Origin: Scyliorhinus canicula | Taxonomy: Eukaryota | Assembly: GCF_902713615.1 (NCBI RefSeq) | Contig: NC_052149.1 | Coordinates: 234,272,069-234,336,068, forward strand | Length of the DNA stretch: 64,000 bases | Reading direction: 5' to 3' | In this document: piece by piece, positions 61,726 to 64,000 of the stretch | How the letters are laid out: every line of letters begins with the position of its first letter | How positions within the stretch are numbered: the stretch's first letter is position 1 | Position numbers and translations under genes: made by a program | Notes under the pieces: model-generated | Told to the model about the DNA's origin: nothing | Databases searched by the model: none | What the model saw: the letters and a program-made list of their open reading frames with translations, nothing else

Positions 61726-61968
61726 AAATCAAAAAAGGGCGAGAGATCCATTGCTCCACCCCCATCACAGAAGGAGAGCAGAATCACTGAAAATCAGTAT
61801 AGGTTGACTGCGCGTCGATTGTGCGTCCACTTGACGAAGGGTAGAGCGAAATATTTGGTACATTCGACAGTTCAAAATATTGGAAGGCTGATTAACAGCA
61901 CCGAGCGGCCGGAGCAACCGGCTGAAAACCACCATTTGTGCTTTTGTGAGCTTTCCAGTCCGGCAACA

Positions 61969-64000
61969 ATGGCGGATTCACAAAGCAACAACGCCTGGAA
62001 ATTCATGATGATGGTTTTTGTTGTATTGATTTGTGCACTGTATGTGGTTTCTGCGCAGATTCGGTATTCTGTTCCCGAGGAAATGGAGCAAGGAGCTGTA
62101 ATTGGTAATATTGCTGAAGATTTGGGGCTGAATATTGCAACATTGTCAGGTCGGAAAGTTCGGCTGGTCGCTGACTACACAAAACGCTATTTGGAAGTCA
62201 ATTTGGAAAATGGCTTGTTACTTGCCAATGAAAGAATAGACAGAGACAAGCTTTGTGGACCAATCACGACATGTGTTCTTTCCTTCCAAATAGTGTTTGA
62301 AAATTCTCCAGAGATGTACCGCGGTGAAGTGGAGATTCTTGATATAAATGATAATTCTCCCAGTTTCCCGGAGAGTGTCATTCTCTTACGAATGGCCGAA
62401 ACCATGGCGCCAGGCTCCAGCTTTCCGCTAGAGAGCGCTCTCGATCCAGACGTGGGGACAAATGCAGTCTCTGATTATAACATCAGCCCCAATGAACACT
62501 TCTGTCTAAAAGAGAAATTTGTAGATGACGGTACTAAAATTGTCCAGTTGCTGTTGGAGAAACCGTTGGATCGCGAACGGCAGTCATCCTTTCAGCTGAT
62601 GCTGACGGCCACTGACGGAGGGAATCCTCCCAGATCTGGGACCGCTCGGATTCTCATCACTGTGCTGGACAGCAACGACAATGCGCCTACTTTCGCACGC
62701 GAGATCTACAAGGTCAGCCTGATAGAAAACTCACCCAGAGGTACCTTGGTGGTTTCAGTCCATGCCACTGATCTGGACGAAGGTTCGAACGCGGAGGTAA
62801 CTTATTCTTTCAGTAACCGTGTTTCACAGAAAATGCAGGAACTGTTTAGTTTGGATCCTCGAACAGGAGAGATTCGGGTGCAGGGTATAATTGATTATGA
62901 AGGAGCAAGCAGTTATTCACTTGATGTTCAAGCTGCTGATAACGGTTCCCCGGCAATAATAGGACATTCTAAAGTGTTGATTAAATTAATAGATGTCAAT
63001 GATAACGCCCCTGAGATAAAAGTGACCATAATATCAAGTATGGTCCCAGAAGACGCTGCTCCCGGGACTGTTGCAGCTCTGGTCAATGTAAATGATCGAG
63101 ATTCTGGGAACAATGGAAAGGTGCACTGCGAGATCCATAAGAACGTTCCGTTTAAACTTCAATCGACTAAGATAGGTAATTATAAACTGATAACCAGTGA
63201 CATGTTGGACCGTGAAAACACGCCCCTGTACAACATAGCTATTTTAGCCAGGGACTCGGCCTCTCCTTCACTATCAACAAATACAACCATTCTGATATCG
63301 GTGTCTGATGTAAACGATAACGCCCCAAGGTTTGCACGACCCATGGACACAGTGTATGTGACGGAGAACAACTCCCCCGGTGCTTCTATTTTCGCAGTGA
63401 CTGCTTTCGATCCTGACCAGGATCAGAATTCCTACGTCACTTACTCTTTCATAGACAACCTTATTCAAGTGTTACCATTGTCAAATTACCTCAATCTTAA
63501 TTCGATGAACGGGACCATTTACGCGCTGCGCTCTTTTGACTACGAGCGGGTGAAAAACTTCCAGATTCAAGTCCAAGCCCGAGACGCTGGCGTTCCCCCT
63601 CTGAGCAGCAGCGCAACATTGAATGTGATCATCCTGGATCAGAATGACAACGCTCCAGTAATTGTGTCACCTTCAGCACAGAGCGGATCAGCAGGAGTGG
63701 AAGTTGTGCCTCAGTCAGCGGGCCAGGGGTACTTGGTCACCAAGATAATCGCAACTGATGCTGATTCCGGTCAGAACGCACGGCTCCTCTATCAGGTGCT
63801 GAAAGCCACTGATCCCAGTCTGTTCATCGTGGGGCTTCACTCTGGAGAAATCAGAACAGCCCGAGGAATTTTGGAGCAGGATTCTACCACCCAGAGCCTT
63901 GTGATCTTGGTGAAGGATAATGGACAGCCGAGTCGCTCCAGCACGGCTACAATCCACTTTTCAATCCTGGGCAATGTTACTGAGATTTTCTCAGAAAGTA
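61969..64000 (+). CDS. Clustered protocadherin gene G4, 3'-incomplete at window edge (EC1-EC6)
   Basis: Not in ORF track (no stop in window). Manual translation MADSQSNNAWKFMMMVFVVLICALYVVSAQIRYSVPEE...; codon 676 (GAA at 63994) has the same +2025 offset as in G1, so no net frameshift. Confidence 0.93.
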   Translation, partial: MADSQSNNAWKFMMMVFVVLICALYVVSAQIRYSVPEEMEQGAVIGNIAEDLGLNIATLSGRKVRLVADYTKRYLEVNLENGLLLANERIDRDKLCGPITTCVLSFQIVFENSPEMYRGEVEILDINDNSPSFPESVILLRMAETMAPGSSFPLESALDPDVGTNAVSDYNISPNEHFCLKEKFVDDGTKIVQLLLEKPLDRERQSSFQLMLTATDGGNPPRSGTARILITVLDSNDNAPTFAREIYKVSLIENSPRGTLVVSVHATDLDEGSNAEVTYSFSNRVSQKMQELFSLDPRTGEIRVQGIIDYEGASSYSLDVQAADNGSPAIIGHSKVLIKLIDVNDNAPEIKVTIISSMVPEDAAPGTVAALVNVNDRDSGNNGKVHCEIHKNVPFKLQSTKIGNYKLITSDMLDRENTPLYNIAILARDSASPSLSTNTTILISVSDVNDNAPRFARPMDTVYVTENNSPGASIFAVTAFDPDQDQNSYVTYSFIDNLIQVLPLSNYLNLNSMNGTIYALRSFDYERVKNFQIQVQARDAGVPPLSSSATLNVIILDQNDNAPVIVSPSAQSGSAGVEVVPQSAGQGYLVTKIIATDADSGQNARLLYQVLKATDPSLFIVGLHSGEIRTARGILEQDSTTQSLVILVKDNGQPSRSSTATIHFSILGNVTEIFSES

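Noticed and set aside
1-64000. Prokaryotic systems (CRISPR arrays, operons, defence loci)
   Set aside because: Sequence is vertebrate; no regularly spaced repeat-spacer array seen

Overview
Vertebrate genomic DNA, almost certainly from a cartilaginous fish (shark-type V-SINE/HE1-like SINEs, CR1, L1, Penelope and Harbinger repeats). The window covers part of a clustered protocadherin (cPcdh) tandem array on the + strand. It holds one decayed, divergent pseudogene (~9745-11535), three complete ~798-aa single-exon-type genes (G1 28275, G2 39925, G3 54118) and a fourth (G4 61969) that runs off the window end. Each gene has a 26-bp CGCT-core promoter element (CSE-like) ~260 bp upstream and a CTCF-like motif at +456 inside EC2; that motif is a perfect consensus match only in the pseudogene. 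Each complete gene ends in an in-frame stop with an AATAAA ~180 nt later. Shared transposon relics and diagnostic substitutions indicate that G2 is a chimera (G3-type promoter/EC1 plus G1-type EC4-to-tail) made by unequal crossing-over. Two palindromic Penelope-derived insertions carry minimal hammerhead-ribozyme motifs; one sits in the pseudogene with a 13-bp TSD. Most short ORFs in the track are TE debris or antisense shadows. All alignments were made by eye, so repeat boundaries are approximate.
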